48,238 bases of DNA from a virus. Its lineage: Duplodnaviria > Caudoviricetes. Under the pieces are notes generated by a model. The model had not been told where the DNA came from, did no database searches, and saw nothing but the letters and a program-made list of their open reading frames with translations. Position numbers and translations under genes: made by a program. The DNA lies in IMG/VR virus record IMGVR_UViG_3300029286_000065, positions 1 through 48,238 of that record, one strand, 5' to 3'. Numbering within the stretch: position 1 is the first letter of the stretch; each line of letters begins with the position of its first letter. Of the stretch, positions 19,108-28,325 are shown in pieces.

Positions 19108-20874
19108 ATGATTATTGATGAATACGTAAAAGTAAAAACAACCAATAAAAATATTGGTTTATATAGAAAAATAATGAATGATCCTAATATAAAATCTGGA
19201 TATATTATTACTCTATCCATTTTGAAATTACCAAAAGGATCAAAACAATTAATTGATGTTAAATGTGATGTATGTGGAAAAAATAAAAAAATGTCATTTA
19301 GAACATATTATAATATAACAAATAAAAATTCCGAAAAATATTTTTGTAAAGATTGTAAATGGGTGAAAACAAAACAAACCAATTTGGAAAAATATGGTGT
19401 TGAAAATCCATTTCAAAATGAAAAAATTAAAGATAAAATAAAAATTACAAATATAGAAAAATTTGGATTTGATCATCCATTAAAAAATGAACAAATAAAA
19501 AATAAAAGAAGAAAAACAGAATTAGAAAAATATGGTTTCGATCATCATTTAAAAAATAAATTAATTTTAAATAAATTAAAACAAACTAATTTGGAAAAAT
19601 ATGGAAATGAATGTTCTTTATTAAACAATGAAGTAAAATTAAAAACGATAAAAACAAATATAGAAAGATATGGTGTTGATGTTCCATTAAAAAATAAAGA
19701 TATTATCAACAAATTAATAGAAACAAATAATTTAAAATACAATAATAATTCCCCTTTACAAAACGAAGAAATAAGAGAAAAATCTTTAAAGAAATTATTT
19801 GAAAATTTTGGTGTATATAATCCATTGAAATCAGATATAATTAAAAATAAAGTCAAGAATACTAAAATAAATAATTTACTTTGTAAATATAAAGATTTAA
19901 ATATAGTAAATATAGATTATGATAATCAACAATATGAATTTAGGTGTGATAACAATAATAATCATAATTTTTTAATATCATCTATTTTATTATACGATAG
20001 ATTGAAATTTAAAACCATTTTATGTACAGTTTGCAATCCAATAAATTCATATTCTATAAGTGGACAAGAAATTCAACTTCAAAATATTATCAAAGAAAAT
20101 TATACTGGAAATATTATTTTAAACGATAGAAAAATTATCAAACCATATGAATTAGATGTTTATTTGCCAGATTTAAAATTGGCTTTTGAATATAATGGTT
20201 TATTTAGGCATAATGAAATGGGTAAATCCAATGACTATCATCTTAATAAAACCGAATCATGTGAAAAACAAGGAATACACTTAATACATATTTATGAAGA
20301 TGACTGGGTTTACAAACAAGAAATAGTTAAATCCAGAATTTTGAATTTACTTGGTAAAACTTCTAATGAAATTTTATCTGAAAAATGTGAAATAAAAAAT
20401 TTTTTAGATAACTCGTTAATAAAAGAATTTTTAGAAAATAATCATTTACAAGGATTTATTGAATCCAAAATTAAACTTGGTTTATTTTATAACAACGAGT
20501 TAGTATCGGTTATGATTTTTAAAAGACGTAAAAATATTTATGAAATATTAAGATTTTGTAATAAATTAAATACAAATATTATTGGTTCCGAAAACAAATT
20601 ATTTAAATATTTTGTCGAAACATATAAACCAAAAGAAATTACTGGTTATTCCGATAGATCTTGGTGTGATGATTTATATGAAAAACAACTTGGATTTATT
20701 TTAGTTGATAAAACAAAACCAAATTATCATTACATAGTTGATGGTGTTAGGAAACAAAAAATGATTAAAGAAAATAAAACGGAACATGAAATTATGTTAG
20801 AAAGAAAAATATATCGTATTTATGACAGTGGTAGTTTAAAATTTAAATACATCAATGAAAAAATTAACAAATGA
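19108..20874 (+). CDS. Homing-endonuclease-like protein, paralog of 11916-13484
   Basis: CDVC/CKDC, TNLEKYGVEN repeats, ELDVYLPDLKLAFEYNGLFRH, IHIYEDDW, IYRIYDSG. Confidence 0.75.
   Translation: MIIDEYVKVKTTNKNIGLYRKIMNDPNIKSGYIITLSILKLPKGSKQLIDVKCDVCGKNKKMSFRTYYNITNKNSEKYFCKDCKWVKTKQTNLEKYGVENPFQNEKIKDKIKITNIEKFGFDHPLKNEQIKNKRRKTELEKYGFDHHLKNKLILNKLKQTNLEKYGNECSLLNNEVKLKTIKTNIERYGVDVPLKNKDIINKLIETNNLKYNNNSPLQNEEIREKSLKKLFENFGVYNPLKSDIIKNKVKNTKINNLLCKYKDLNIVNIDYDNQQYEFRCDNNNNHNFLISSILLYDRLKFKTILCTVCNPINSYSISGQEIQLQNIIKENYTGNIILNDRKIIKPYELDVYLPDLKLAFEYNGLFRHNEMGKSNDYHLNKTESCEKQGIHLIHIYEDDWVYKQEIVKSRILNLLGKTSNEILSEKCEIKNFLDNSLIKEFLENNHLQGFIESKIKLGLFYNNELVSVMIFKRRKNIYEILRFCNKLNTNIIGSENKLFKYFVETYKPKEITGYSDRSWCDDLYEKQLGFILVDKTKPNYHYIVDGVRKQKMIKENKTEHEIMLERKIYRIYDSGSLKFKYINEKINK
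20536..20620. repeat. Right arm of the 85-bp inverted repeat (partner 12140-12224)
   Basis: 84/85 identity to the reverse complement of the partner. Confidence 0.85.
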
Positions 20875-21784
20875 TATTTTATTAGAAAGATTTTTAAGTA
20901 TTCACAAAGATAAATACGAATACGATTTTGATTCCATAAGTAATGGAAAAATTAAAATATTTTGTAAAAAACATGGTTATTTTATTCAAAGAATTTATGA
21001 CCATTTATATAATCATGGATGTACGAAATGTGGTATAGAAAAAGTATCAGAAATTAGACGTGAGAAACTTGATAATTTAATTTTAAGATCAAATAAAGTT
21101 CATAATAACAAATATGATTATTCATTAATAAAAAGTTCAAAAAATATGAATGAACATATAAATATAATATGTCCTAAACATGGTGAATTTATAACTGTTT
21201 TTAATTATCATATTAATGCAAAACAGGGATGTCCTGATTGTGCTATAGAAAATAGTAAAGATGATTTAAATATCTTTATTGAAAAATCTATTAAAATTCA
21301 TGGAATTTTATATGATTATTCAGAAGTTGATTATATTAACAGTAAAAGTTATGTAAAAATAATCTGTAAAAAACATGGTTCTTTTTTACAGAAACCAAAC
21401 TATCATATATTAGGTCAGGGTTGTCCAAAATGTAGAACATCAAAAGGTGAGAAGAAAATTTTAAATTATTTGATTAAAAACGATATAAAATTTGAATATC
21501 AAAAAAAATTCGAAAACTGTAAAGTAACAAAATCGTTATTCTTTGATTTTTATATTTATGAAAAAAATATAATAATAGAATTTGATGGTGAACAACATGA
21601 AAAAATAATTAATTATTGGGGTGGTGAAAATGGTTTAGAAAAAAGAATAAAATATGATAAAATTAAAGATGAATTTTGTTTAGAAAACAATATTTTATTA
21701 TTTAGAATAAAACACAATGAAAATATTCAACAAAAGTTGGATATTATTTTTTCTGGGAAAGATCATTTATCATATCATCGATGA
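20855..21784 (+). CDS. Homing-endonuclease-like protein with three C..HG.F...H....GC..C Zn repeats and a C-terminal PD-(D/E)xK domain
   Basis: KYDYS...IICPKHGEF...GCPDC-type unit x3; FDFYI....IIEFDGEQH...DKIKDEFC. Confidence 0.75.
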   Translation: MKKLTNDILLERFLSIHKDKYEYDFDSISNGKIKIFCKKHGYFIQRIYDHLYNHGCTKCGIEKVSEIRREKLDNLILRSNKVHNNKYDYSLIKSSKNMNEHINIICPKHGEFITVFNYHINAKQGCPDCAIENSKDDLNIFIEKSIKIHGILYDYSEVDYINSKSYVKIICKKHGSFLQKPNYHILGQGCPKCRTSKGEKKILNYLIKNDIKFEYQKKFENCKVTKSLFFDFYIYEKNIIIEFDGEQHEKIINYWGGENGLEKRIKYDKIKDEFCLENNILLFRIKHNENIQQKLDIIFSGKDHLSYHR

Positions 21785-21971
21785 TGATAGATTTGTTTTT
21801 TACAGATATTTCTAATTCATAAATTCTTTTATTCATTTCAATAATATCATCATTTAGGGATGAAATTATTCCACTACAAATATCTATTATTTTTAATTCA
21901 TCTTTTGTTAATTCATCTTCTTTTAAAAGAAGTTCTTTACAAATTAATTCTGTTAATTTTGTTTTGATCAT
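21744..21971 (-). CDS. Hypothetical protein
   Basis: 75-aa ORF at the end of the minus-strand block. Confidence 0.5.
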   Translation of the reverse strand: MIKTKLTELICKELLLKEDELTKDELKIIDICSGIISSLNDDIIEMNKRIYELEISVKNKSIIIDDMINDLSQKK

Positions 21972-22024
21972 TGATGTTTATCTGGTTCAAGATGAATATC
22001 ATAATTTAAAATCGAAAAAATTAT

Positions 22025-22915
22025 TTATTTATATAAATTGCGATCATCTATATAAGAAAAAACATTTTTATCAATCAAATTCAAATTAATTAAATCATTG
22101 TTGTCATTATCTTTTAACATATTTCTAACCACTGTAGATGAAACTTCAATAATACCTGTTTTTTCTTTGTTTAAGAAGATGTGGGGTGGTTTTAAGTACC
22201 AATCAACATTCGTATCCCTTTTAAATCCACGTCTTGGTATAACCACGAATCTCATCATACGTTCAAGTTCCTGATAATTAACCCAAGTGTGAAATGTATT
22301 TGCGTTATCTTGTCCGATGATCATACTAAACTGATACATTTCCATCAGTTCTTTTTCATCTTTTAATCTTTTCACAAAATAAAAAGTTTCCCCGAAGAAT
22401 TTATTTTTGATTTCATAATCGAAAACTTTAATTCTTTTGTCAATTTCAGCTGCAATTTTACACATTTCCAATCTTTGTTCAGCTGGTGCCATATTTTTAT
22501 TATACATATGGTGGAAACATGGTAAAATCCAAACTTCATCAAATTCATTACTTGTATCTAAAACAAATTTCGCTGTTTGAATATGACCATTTGTTATTGG
22601 ATTAAAAGCACCCCCGTAAAGAGCCACTTTTATTTTTCTACCCAATGATTTATATTGTTCCCTTCTACGATTGATTTTATTCAGTGTATCTTGAATAAGA
22701 TCTTCAAAATTCCAACCAGATTCAGCACATAACATTATAAGAGATGATGACATTAAATCTCCGGATTCTTCTTTAATGTTTTTAATATCATTCCATTTCA
22801 TCAATTCAAAGAATTCACTTTGAATATCTTTAAGTCGCTCTGAAAATGGTGTATACCCGAAATTATCCTTAAAAGTATCTTCTACTTTTTTTTGTAATTC
22901 GTTGTTATTCATCAA
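22025..22915 (-). CDS. nadD: MazG-like (all-alpha NTP-PPase) domain fused to nicotinate/nicotinamide-nucleotide adenylyltransferase
   Basis: N-terminal SEFFEL...EESGDL...K...R; C-terminal YGGAFNPITNGH (HIGH-type), IIGQDN...W, VSSTVVR. Confidence 0.85.
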   Translation of the reverse strand: MMNNNELQKKVEDTFKDNFGYTPFSERLKDIQSEFFELMKWNDIKNIKEESGDLMSSSLIMLCAESGWNFEDLIQDTLNKINRRREQYKSLGRKIKVALYGGAFNPITNGHIQTAKFVLDTSNEFDEVWILPCFHHMYNKNMAPAEQRLEMCKIAAEIDKRIKVFDYEIKNKFFGETFYFVKRLKDEKELMEMYQFSMIIGQDNANTFHTWVNYQELERMMRFVVIPRRGFKRDTNVDWYLKPPHIFLNKEKTGIIEVSSTVVRNMLKDNDNNDLINLNLIDKNVFSYIDDRNLYK

Positions 22916-23156
22916 TTTCTGTTATTTCACCATAATTATCAACAATCCATTTATATGCTTCGTCAAAGGAATTCCACAGACCGTCTTTTGGAATATTTGG
23001 ATATTCATTAATATCGTTAATTAAATACCAATCAATATCATAAGCATATCCACCTTCATTTGGATCGTGCCAAATAGAATATTTTTGATCATTCTCTTCC
23101 TGAATACCAAATCCTTCTTCTGGATGTTTTTTTCTTTGATAATTCCAAATTTTCAT
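22905..23156 (-). CDS. Hypothetical protein
   Basis: 83 aa, overlapping both neighbours in operon fashion. Confidence 0.65.
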   Translation of the reverse strand: MKIWNYQRKKHPEEGFGIQEENDQKYSIWHDPNEGGYAYDIDWYLINDINEYPNIPKDGLWNSFDEAYKWIVDNYGEITEIDE

Positions 23157-23596
23157 GATAATAATTTTTTAACAATGGAACCAATTAATTTATTATCAGC
23201 ACGACCTGCAAAAACTTTTGTTGCAGATGTCATCACTTTACCCATGTCACGAACAGTAGTTGAACCAGTTTCTGTGATAATTTGTTTCACTTTTTCTGTA
23301 ATTTCTTCTTCGGACATTTGTTCTGGTAGGAATGTTTTGTAAACAACAATCAATGATAATTCTTGATTGACCAAATCCATTCTACCACCTTCTTCATATT
23401 GTCTAGCGGATTCAGTACCTTGACTGACTAATTTTTGAATGATTTTAATTACCTGTTCATCAGATAATTCTTTCCCATCTTTCGCCTTTTCTACCTGAAT
23501 TGATGATTTGATTTGTCGTAATGCTTGAAGTTTTATTTCCGATTTTTCTAGCATCGATTTTTTAATGTCGGAATCAATTTGTAGTTCCAGTTTCAT
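23153..23596 (-). CDS. yqeY: GatB/YqeY domain protein
   Basis: ALRQIKS...ESARQYEEGGRMDL...E......FLPEQMSEEE...DMGKVM...GRAD. Confidence 0.9.
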   Translation of the reverse strand: MKLELQIDSDIKKSMLEKSEIKLQALRQIKSSIQVEKAKDGKELSDEQVIKIIQKLVSQGTESARQYEEGGRMDLVNQELSLIVVYKTFLPEQMSEEEITEKVKQIITETGSTTVRDMGKVMTSATKVFAGRADNKLIGSIVKKLLS

Positions 23597-23792
23597 TTTT
23601 TTTCTTTTTACGAGTAAGTAAATAAATAATTAATGATCCGAATAAAATAACAAAAGTCCAGAATAGGATTTTTCCTATATAAATTCCAATTCCAATTCCA
23701 ACTGCTAATGCCCAACCGTATGCAAATCCACCAAGAGTGAAAAATACAATGGCTACAATAAGACATAAATAAAATACACTTTTTGTTTTCAT
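23574..23792 (-). CDS. Small membrane protein
   Basis: Two to three hydrophobic segments followed by RKKKK. Confidence 0.7.
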   Translation of the reverse strand: MKTKSVFYLCLIVAIVFFTLGGFAYGWALAVGIGIGIYIGKILFWTFVILFGSLIIYLLTRKKKKNETGTTN

Positions 23793-23819
23793 AATTTACT
23801 GTTTAAATATTAATTATTA

Positions 23820-23827
23820 CAAACTTA
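23820..23827 (-). promoter_or_regulatory. Bacteroidota-type -7 element (TAAGTTTG)
   Basis: TAnnTTTG about 28 nt upstream of ATG 23792. Confidence 0.5.
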
Positions 23828-23851
23828 ATTAAAAATTATTTAATAAAAAAA

Positions 23852-24274
23852 TTATTTATTTGATTTTTTAAAATTTTCGAATTCCTTATGGATATTTTTG
23901 GCACCAACAGTATTTTGTGTATGAATTAAAATTTCAGGACATTTTAAATTATTATTCAACATATAATTTATTAACCATTTTGCACATTCAAAACCTGTAC
24001 CTTCGAGAACAGTATAATCAATCCACCCAGTATAAACGGTAAACATTCTATAATGATAATAATGTTCATCTTTTAAATCATGATCGAAACTGATTATATT
24101 TGGTAATCCTTTTTCTTCGATTGTTTTGACGAATTCTCCAAAATCACGTACAATAACCCAATCTAACAAGAAATATTTCTTATTTCCGGTCAATTCATAT
24201 GCACTCATTTGATCCCCCTCACCCTTTCGGTTCACTGGAAATCTCTCATCGTCTAGGAATAAATAGTATGACAT
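23852..24274 (-). CDS. Cyclic-phosphate-processing receiver-domain protein
   Basis: LFLDDER.P, WVIVR...EF, ISFDHDL, TG.ECAKWL, HTQN.VG..NI. Confidence 0.8.
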   Translation of the reverse strand: MSYYLFLDDERFPVNRKGEGDQMSAYELTGNKKYFLLDWVIVRDFGEFVKTIEEKGLPNIISFDHDLKDEHYYHYRMFTVYTGWIDYTVLEGTGFECAKWLINYMLNNNLKCPEILIHTQNTVGAKNIHKEFENFKKSNK

Positions 24275-24286
24275 CTTTTTTAATTT

Positions 24287-24556
24287 TTAAGATTCAAATG
24301 GAATTTCGTACATTTCTTTGGATATTTTTCTTTGTTGAACAGCGTTATAAACCCATTCATTCATTTTATCGGAAACTTGATACCACCCAGATCTACAAAA
24401 ATTAATATAACCATCCTTATTAATATCAGATTCAGTTGTTCCTTCATCGAGTTTACACCATAAACAAACTTGGTTAATATCAAGATAAACGACTAATTTT
24501 ACATCTAAAATAGTTTCTCCATAATAATCATCTGATTCTTTGAAGATTTCATTCAC
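24287..24556 (-). CDS. Hypothetical protein
   Basis: 89-aa ORF in the minus-strand run. Confidence 0.55.
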   Translation of the reverse strand: MNEIFKESDDYYGETILDVKLVVYLDINQVCLWCKLDEGTTESDINKDGYINFCRSGWYQVSDKMNEWVYNAVQQRKISKEMYEIPFES

Positions 24557-24588
24557 CTTTGAAAGAAAGTCTTATTTTGTCATAAATT

Positions 24589-24783
24589 TTATTTTTTTAA
24601 TCTTGTGTTTTCTTTGGGTATCCAAAATCTTCCGTATTCTGAACTATGAATTAAATGAGAATATATTGAACTTTCAACAATATACCCAGTATAAATGGTA
24701 GTCCATTCATCTTCTGTGAATTCGTAAGTTGGTCGTGTTGGATATTCTTCTTCTTTTTCTTTTTCCATAATCACTTTTGTCAT
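24589..24783 (-). CDS. Hypothetical protein
   Basis: 64-aa ORF, closely packed with neighbours. Confidence 0.55.
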   Translation of the reverse strand: MTKVIMEKEKEEEYPTRPTYEFTEDEWTTIYTGYIVESSIYSHLIHSSEYGRFWIPKENTRLKK

Positions 24784-24785
24784 AA

Positions 24786-24998
24786 TTATTTATTGTAAGG
24801 TTCTGGGAGTTCAGCATATGCAATCATTCTATCATCGTGATCCCATTCATTTTTCTTTTTAAATGGTGAATAATTGATTGAACCAATTGTTACAACTCTA
24901 ATGTCATCGTCACTAAACCCACTTTTCCATATTGTAACAAAATACAGTTTACCAATTTCTGGTTTATTATTCTTATCATTAACTGGTTTCCAATCCAT
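24786..24998 (-). CDS. DUF551-like small phage protein (likely start MDWKPV at 24998)
   Basis: W.PV....PE...Y.V...W.......AYAELPEPY pattern. Confidence 0.6.
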   Translation of the reverse strand: MDWKPVNDKNNKPEIGKLYFVTIWKSGFSDDDIRVVTIGSINYSPFKKKNEWDHDDRMIAYAELPEPYNK

Positions 24999-25016
24999 AT
25001 TTATAATTTTAAAATA

Positions 25017-25024
25017 CAAAGATA
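25017..25024 (-). promoter_or_regulatory. Bacteroidota-type -7 element (TATCTTTG)
   Basis: TAnnTTTG 18 nt upstream of ATG 24998. Confidence 0.5.
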
Positions 25025-25048
25025 CAATGAATATTTCAAATAAAAAAA

Positions 25049-25813
25049 TTAAATACTTGTTTCTAAAACTATCAATAGGTTATAATCATCAAATTTTGTT
25101 AATATAAATGTTTCAAAAACAAATACATCAATAAATGTTGAAGTGTTTATTGTATTGAAATATCTTTTTGGGAATGTGAAAGTTTCATTTTCATGTTCAA
25201 TGTCACATATTTTTATTTTCCATTTACTTTCACCGATATATAATATGTTTGATTCGATAATAATTTGAATGATGTCGTTTTCTTTGACATCAATGGTTGT
25301 CATTTTTTTAATTTTATCAAATTCTTGACTTGACAATTTAAATCGAAATAAAGAATCATCAATATTCATCAATTTATTAATATCGTCCAAATTTATTTCT
25401 TTCCCAACAGTAATAGGATCACCACTAATAATTCTAACTTCTAATTGTTCGCTATTTATTTTTAAATAATTAGCGAAAAATTCTTCATTATACATTATTT
25501 CACATTTTATACCATTATAATCTGAAAAATTGTTTAGATAATGCCATAATTTTTTACCATCTTTTGTTATAAATACAATTGGGTTTTCAATTTCAGTTAC
25601 AATATCAATTAAATCTTCATTTTTGATAACGTAACTTTTAAAAGCATAAATATTTTTGAAAGTGTCACCAACAAAAGAAAAAAGAATAAGATTATCCTTT
25701 TCGAATTTAAAAACTAATCGTTTATCTATTCTAGTTAAATCCTTTATCTTATCTAACAGTGTTTTTATATTCGATTGTGTTATTTCGAATTTAATTGTTT
25801 CATTTTTTGACAT
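25049..25813 (-). CDS. DNA polymerase sliding clamp (gp45/PCNA-like)
   Basis: 254 aa; two helix/beta repeats (FEITQSNIKTLLDKI and FKLSSQEFDKIKKM); next to the primase. Confidence 0.55.
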   Translation of the reverse strand: MSKNETIKFEITQSNIKTLLDKIKDLTRIDKRLVFKFEKDNLILFSFVGDTFKNIYAFKSYVIKNEDLIDIVTEIENPIVFITKDGKKLWHYLNNFSDYNGIKCEIMYNEEFFANYLKINSEQLEVRIISGDPITVGKEINLDDINKLMNIDDSLFRFKLSSQEFDKIKKMTTIDVKENDIIQIIIESNILYIGESKWKIKICDIEHENETFTFPKRYFNTINTSTFIDVFVFETFILTKFDDYNLLIVLETSI

Positions 25814-25971
25814 TTTTATAAAAATTATTTTTAATAATACTTTTAAATTGAATGTAAGTTTTTATATATTGATAGTTATGTGCATTTTCAACTACCAACT
25901 ACTGATATTTTAATAGTTATAAAAAGATTTTTCAATTATTTCTTCCATTTTGTTTATATTGTTTTCTAACA

Positions 25972-27186
25972 CTAAAGTTTAAAATCAAAATCAGTTATCG
26001 ATTTATCGTTTGGTTTCTTTTTTTGAACATCTTTTAAATAAATCATATCAAATTTATCTCTGGAAAAATATTGTTCCAAATTTAAATCGAAATAAATATT
26101 TGGGTTATCATAAAAAATAACTAATTGATTAATATCTTTTATATTTTCTAAATTATGCCTTAATGAATAATCACCTTTGGATAATTCATCTATCATTTTT
26201 TTCCACAAAAAAACACATTTCCCTTGTTCTAACATTTTTTTAGCTTTTCTTAAACCCGGACCGTCATTATCAAATATAAATCGTAAATCGATATTCTCAT
26301 TATCAATTATGCTAATATCCGTATCTAAGCCAAGAAGTGACATTGAATTTGGAAAAAATATACTATCTAAATATCCTTCGAAAGCATTTACTGGTCTATT
26401 GAAATCAACATTTAAAATATTAAATAGGTGTGATAATTTATTATATGAAATAGCTTCAATTTCATCTAATTTTTCGTTTGGATTTTTATAATTATAAAGA
26501 TATTCAAATTCATGTTCTTTGTATATTCTTTTTGTTTTTTCATCTTTTAAATTTCTTAATTGAAACCCAAGTAATTTATTTCCACTTCTATTTAGAATAA
26601 TAATAACTGGTTCTTTCCATTTATCAGTAATATTGTAAATTCCCTGAAGAATATTACTATAATTTGTTATTTTTCTACTTTTTAGATAATCAAAAGCTGT
26701 AGAACCTTTTTTAATTGGTGATATTTTTGTTAAAAAACTTTTTGGTCTGTTGTTTAAAAAATCCATAAATTCTTTTGCATTTAATAATTTATCTAGATTT
26801 TCAACAACTAAATCTTCTCTATTTGTGAATGATATATTTTGACTTATATATTCATAAATATCCATTTTCTTTTCCGGGTCTAATTGGACACCAAAATGAT
26901 CACACCATTTAGTAAAAAACATACTACACGAATCTTCATTAAAACATTTTATAAACATGTTTTTGAAATAAAGATGAGAACGTTTTAAATTTGGTCTATT
27001 GTGACTATCCCCACAAATAGGACAGGCCATTGAAATTTCTGTTGGATTTTGTTCGTTTGGCCTTAATTTTATAATTTTTTTTTGATAATCGGTATGTGAT
27101 TTATTTAATATATCTTGAACAATATTAATAATATAGTTTAAATCTAATTCGGCTTTTTTATTGTTTTTAAATAATTCATTAACCAT
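25972..27186 (-). CDS. DNA primase (T4 gp61-like)
   Basis: ACPICGDS...KR..LY...KCFN...C Zn-binding domain; TOPRIM FEGYLDS, FDND, KDINQL. Confidence 0.9.
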   Translation of the reverse strand: MVNELFKNNKKAELDLNYIINIVQDILNKSHTDYQKKIIKLRPNEQNPTEISMACPICGDSHNRPNLKRSHLYFKNMFIKCFNEDSCSMFFTKWCDHFGVQLDPEKKMDIYEYISQNISFTNREDLVVENLDKLLNAKEFMDFLNNRPKSFLTKISPIKKGSTAFDYLKSRKITNYSNILQGIYNITDKWKEPVIIILNRSGNKLLGFQLRNLKDEKTKRIYKEHEFEYLYNYKNPNEKLDEIEAISYNKLSHLFNILNVDFNRPVNAFEGYLDSIFFPNSMSLLGLDTDISIIDNENIDLRFIFDNDGPGLRKAKKMLEQGKCVFLWKKMIDELSKGDYSLRHNLENIKDINQLVIFYDNPNIYFDLNLEQYFSRDKFDMIYLKDVQKKKPNDKSITDFDFKL

Positions 27187-27308
27187 TCTATTCTATCTTC
27201 TATATTTTCTTTGTGTGTTATTCTTATTAAATTTATATTAATTTATATTATTTTGACAAAATGTTGTTTTTGTCAATTTTTTAATTTTTAAACTAGACCA
27301 TTATTTCG

Positions 27309-27317
27309 TAATATATA
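27309..27317 (+). promoter_or_regulatory. Putative late promoter TAATATATA
   Basis: Exact motif 24 nt before ATG 27342. Confidence 0.6.
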
Positions 27318-27341
27318 AGAAAAAAACAAATTAGTTTAATC

Positions 27342-27845
27342 ATGGAACAGAAATCATTGGAACAAATGTTTAAAAAATGGAGTCCTATTTTAGATGCTTT
27401 AAAAGTAACGGATGATAAAATTAAGAAAATTATGGTGGAATATGCTGAATATTGTTTATCACCAGAATATTATCAAAAATATGAAAATGATATTGCCCAA
27501 AATTTATTACCTGTTTCTTTAAAAATTTTATCACAATTGAATATAAAAGATAAAAATGTTGTATTAAAAGAAGATCATAAGATTGGTTTTGAAGATATGC
27601 CAACTAAAAGTTTTAGTATATCAATAAATACAGATGAATTGATTTCAATGAAAGAAAGTGTTGGTTTTGGGGGTGCTGAAAAAATGGAAAGTGTGGTGAT
27701 ACAAGAATTGGTGAATTATATAAACAAAGAATTAGAAACAAAAGAAAATTTATATATTTCAAATCTAGTTCAATCAATTTCGATCATATCAACAGATATT
27801 TATTCACCAAGAATAATATTAATATCCAAAATCTATATTGATTAA
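27342..27845 (+). CDS. Miniature paralog of the major capsid protein
   Basis: Four colinear blocks match the MCP at 17218: KKWSPILDALKV..EYAE; DIAQNLLPVSLKI; EKMESVVIQEL...INKE; VQSISIIS...SPRIILIS. Confidence 0.85.
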   Translation: MEQKSLEQMFKKWSPILDALKVTDDKIKKIMVEYAEYCLSPEYYQKYENDIAQNLLPVSLKILSQLNIKDKNVVLKEDHKIGFEDMPTKSFSISINTDELISMKESVGFGGAEKMESVVIQELVNYINKELETKENLYISNLVQSISIISTDIYSPRIILISKIYID

Positions 27846-27860
27846 AAATAATTTATAAAA

Positions 27861-28085
27861 ATGGAAGAAGAAAAATATTTGGACACTATCGGTGTTGAAA
27901 AAATATCATTGATTGGTGAAAAAAGTTTCAAACCTATTATATTTATCATATTTAAAGATGGAACTGAAGAAGTATGTAATTTTTCTAATGAAGAAATTCA
28001 AAATATAAAAAATATGGATTTTGAAGAAATTGGTGGTTGGAAATATTTTTTAAGTAAATCTAAAAGATTAAAAAATAAATTATAA
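27861..28085 (+). CDS. Hypothetical protein
   Basis: 74 aa, follows the mini-MCP on the same strand. Confidence 0.65.
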   Translation: MEEEKYLDTIGVEKISLIGEKSFKPIIFIIFKDGTEEVCNFSNEEIQNIKNMDFEEIGGWKYFLSKSKRLKNKL

Positions 28086-28088
28086 AAA

Positions 28089-28280
28089 ATGGAAGAAGAA
28101 TATAAATTAATTAAAGATGCAACGATTTCAGACAGAGATATAGAAGAACTTCGTGAAATTTTCAAACGTGAATACGCTAAGAAAAAAGGTTGGGATCCAA
28201 ATAATCTCACATCAGAACAGTTAAACGAAATATGTTCGGATAAAAGGTGGAGTGAAGGTAATTTTATGTTGAAATCATAA
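28089..28280 (+). CDS. Hypothetical protein
   Basis: 63 aa, starts 3 nt after the previous stop. Confidence 0.65.
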   Translation: MEEEYKLIKDATISDRDIEELREIFKREYAKKKGWDPNNLTSEQLNEICSDKRWSEGNFMLKS

Positions 28281-28325
28281 ACTTATCTTGATTTATTGTC
28301 TATAAATAAATAAGGAGATATATTT

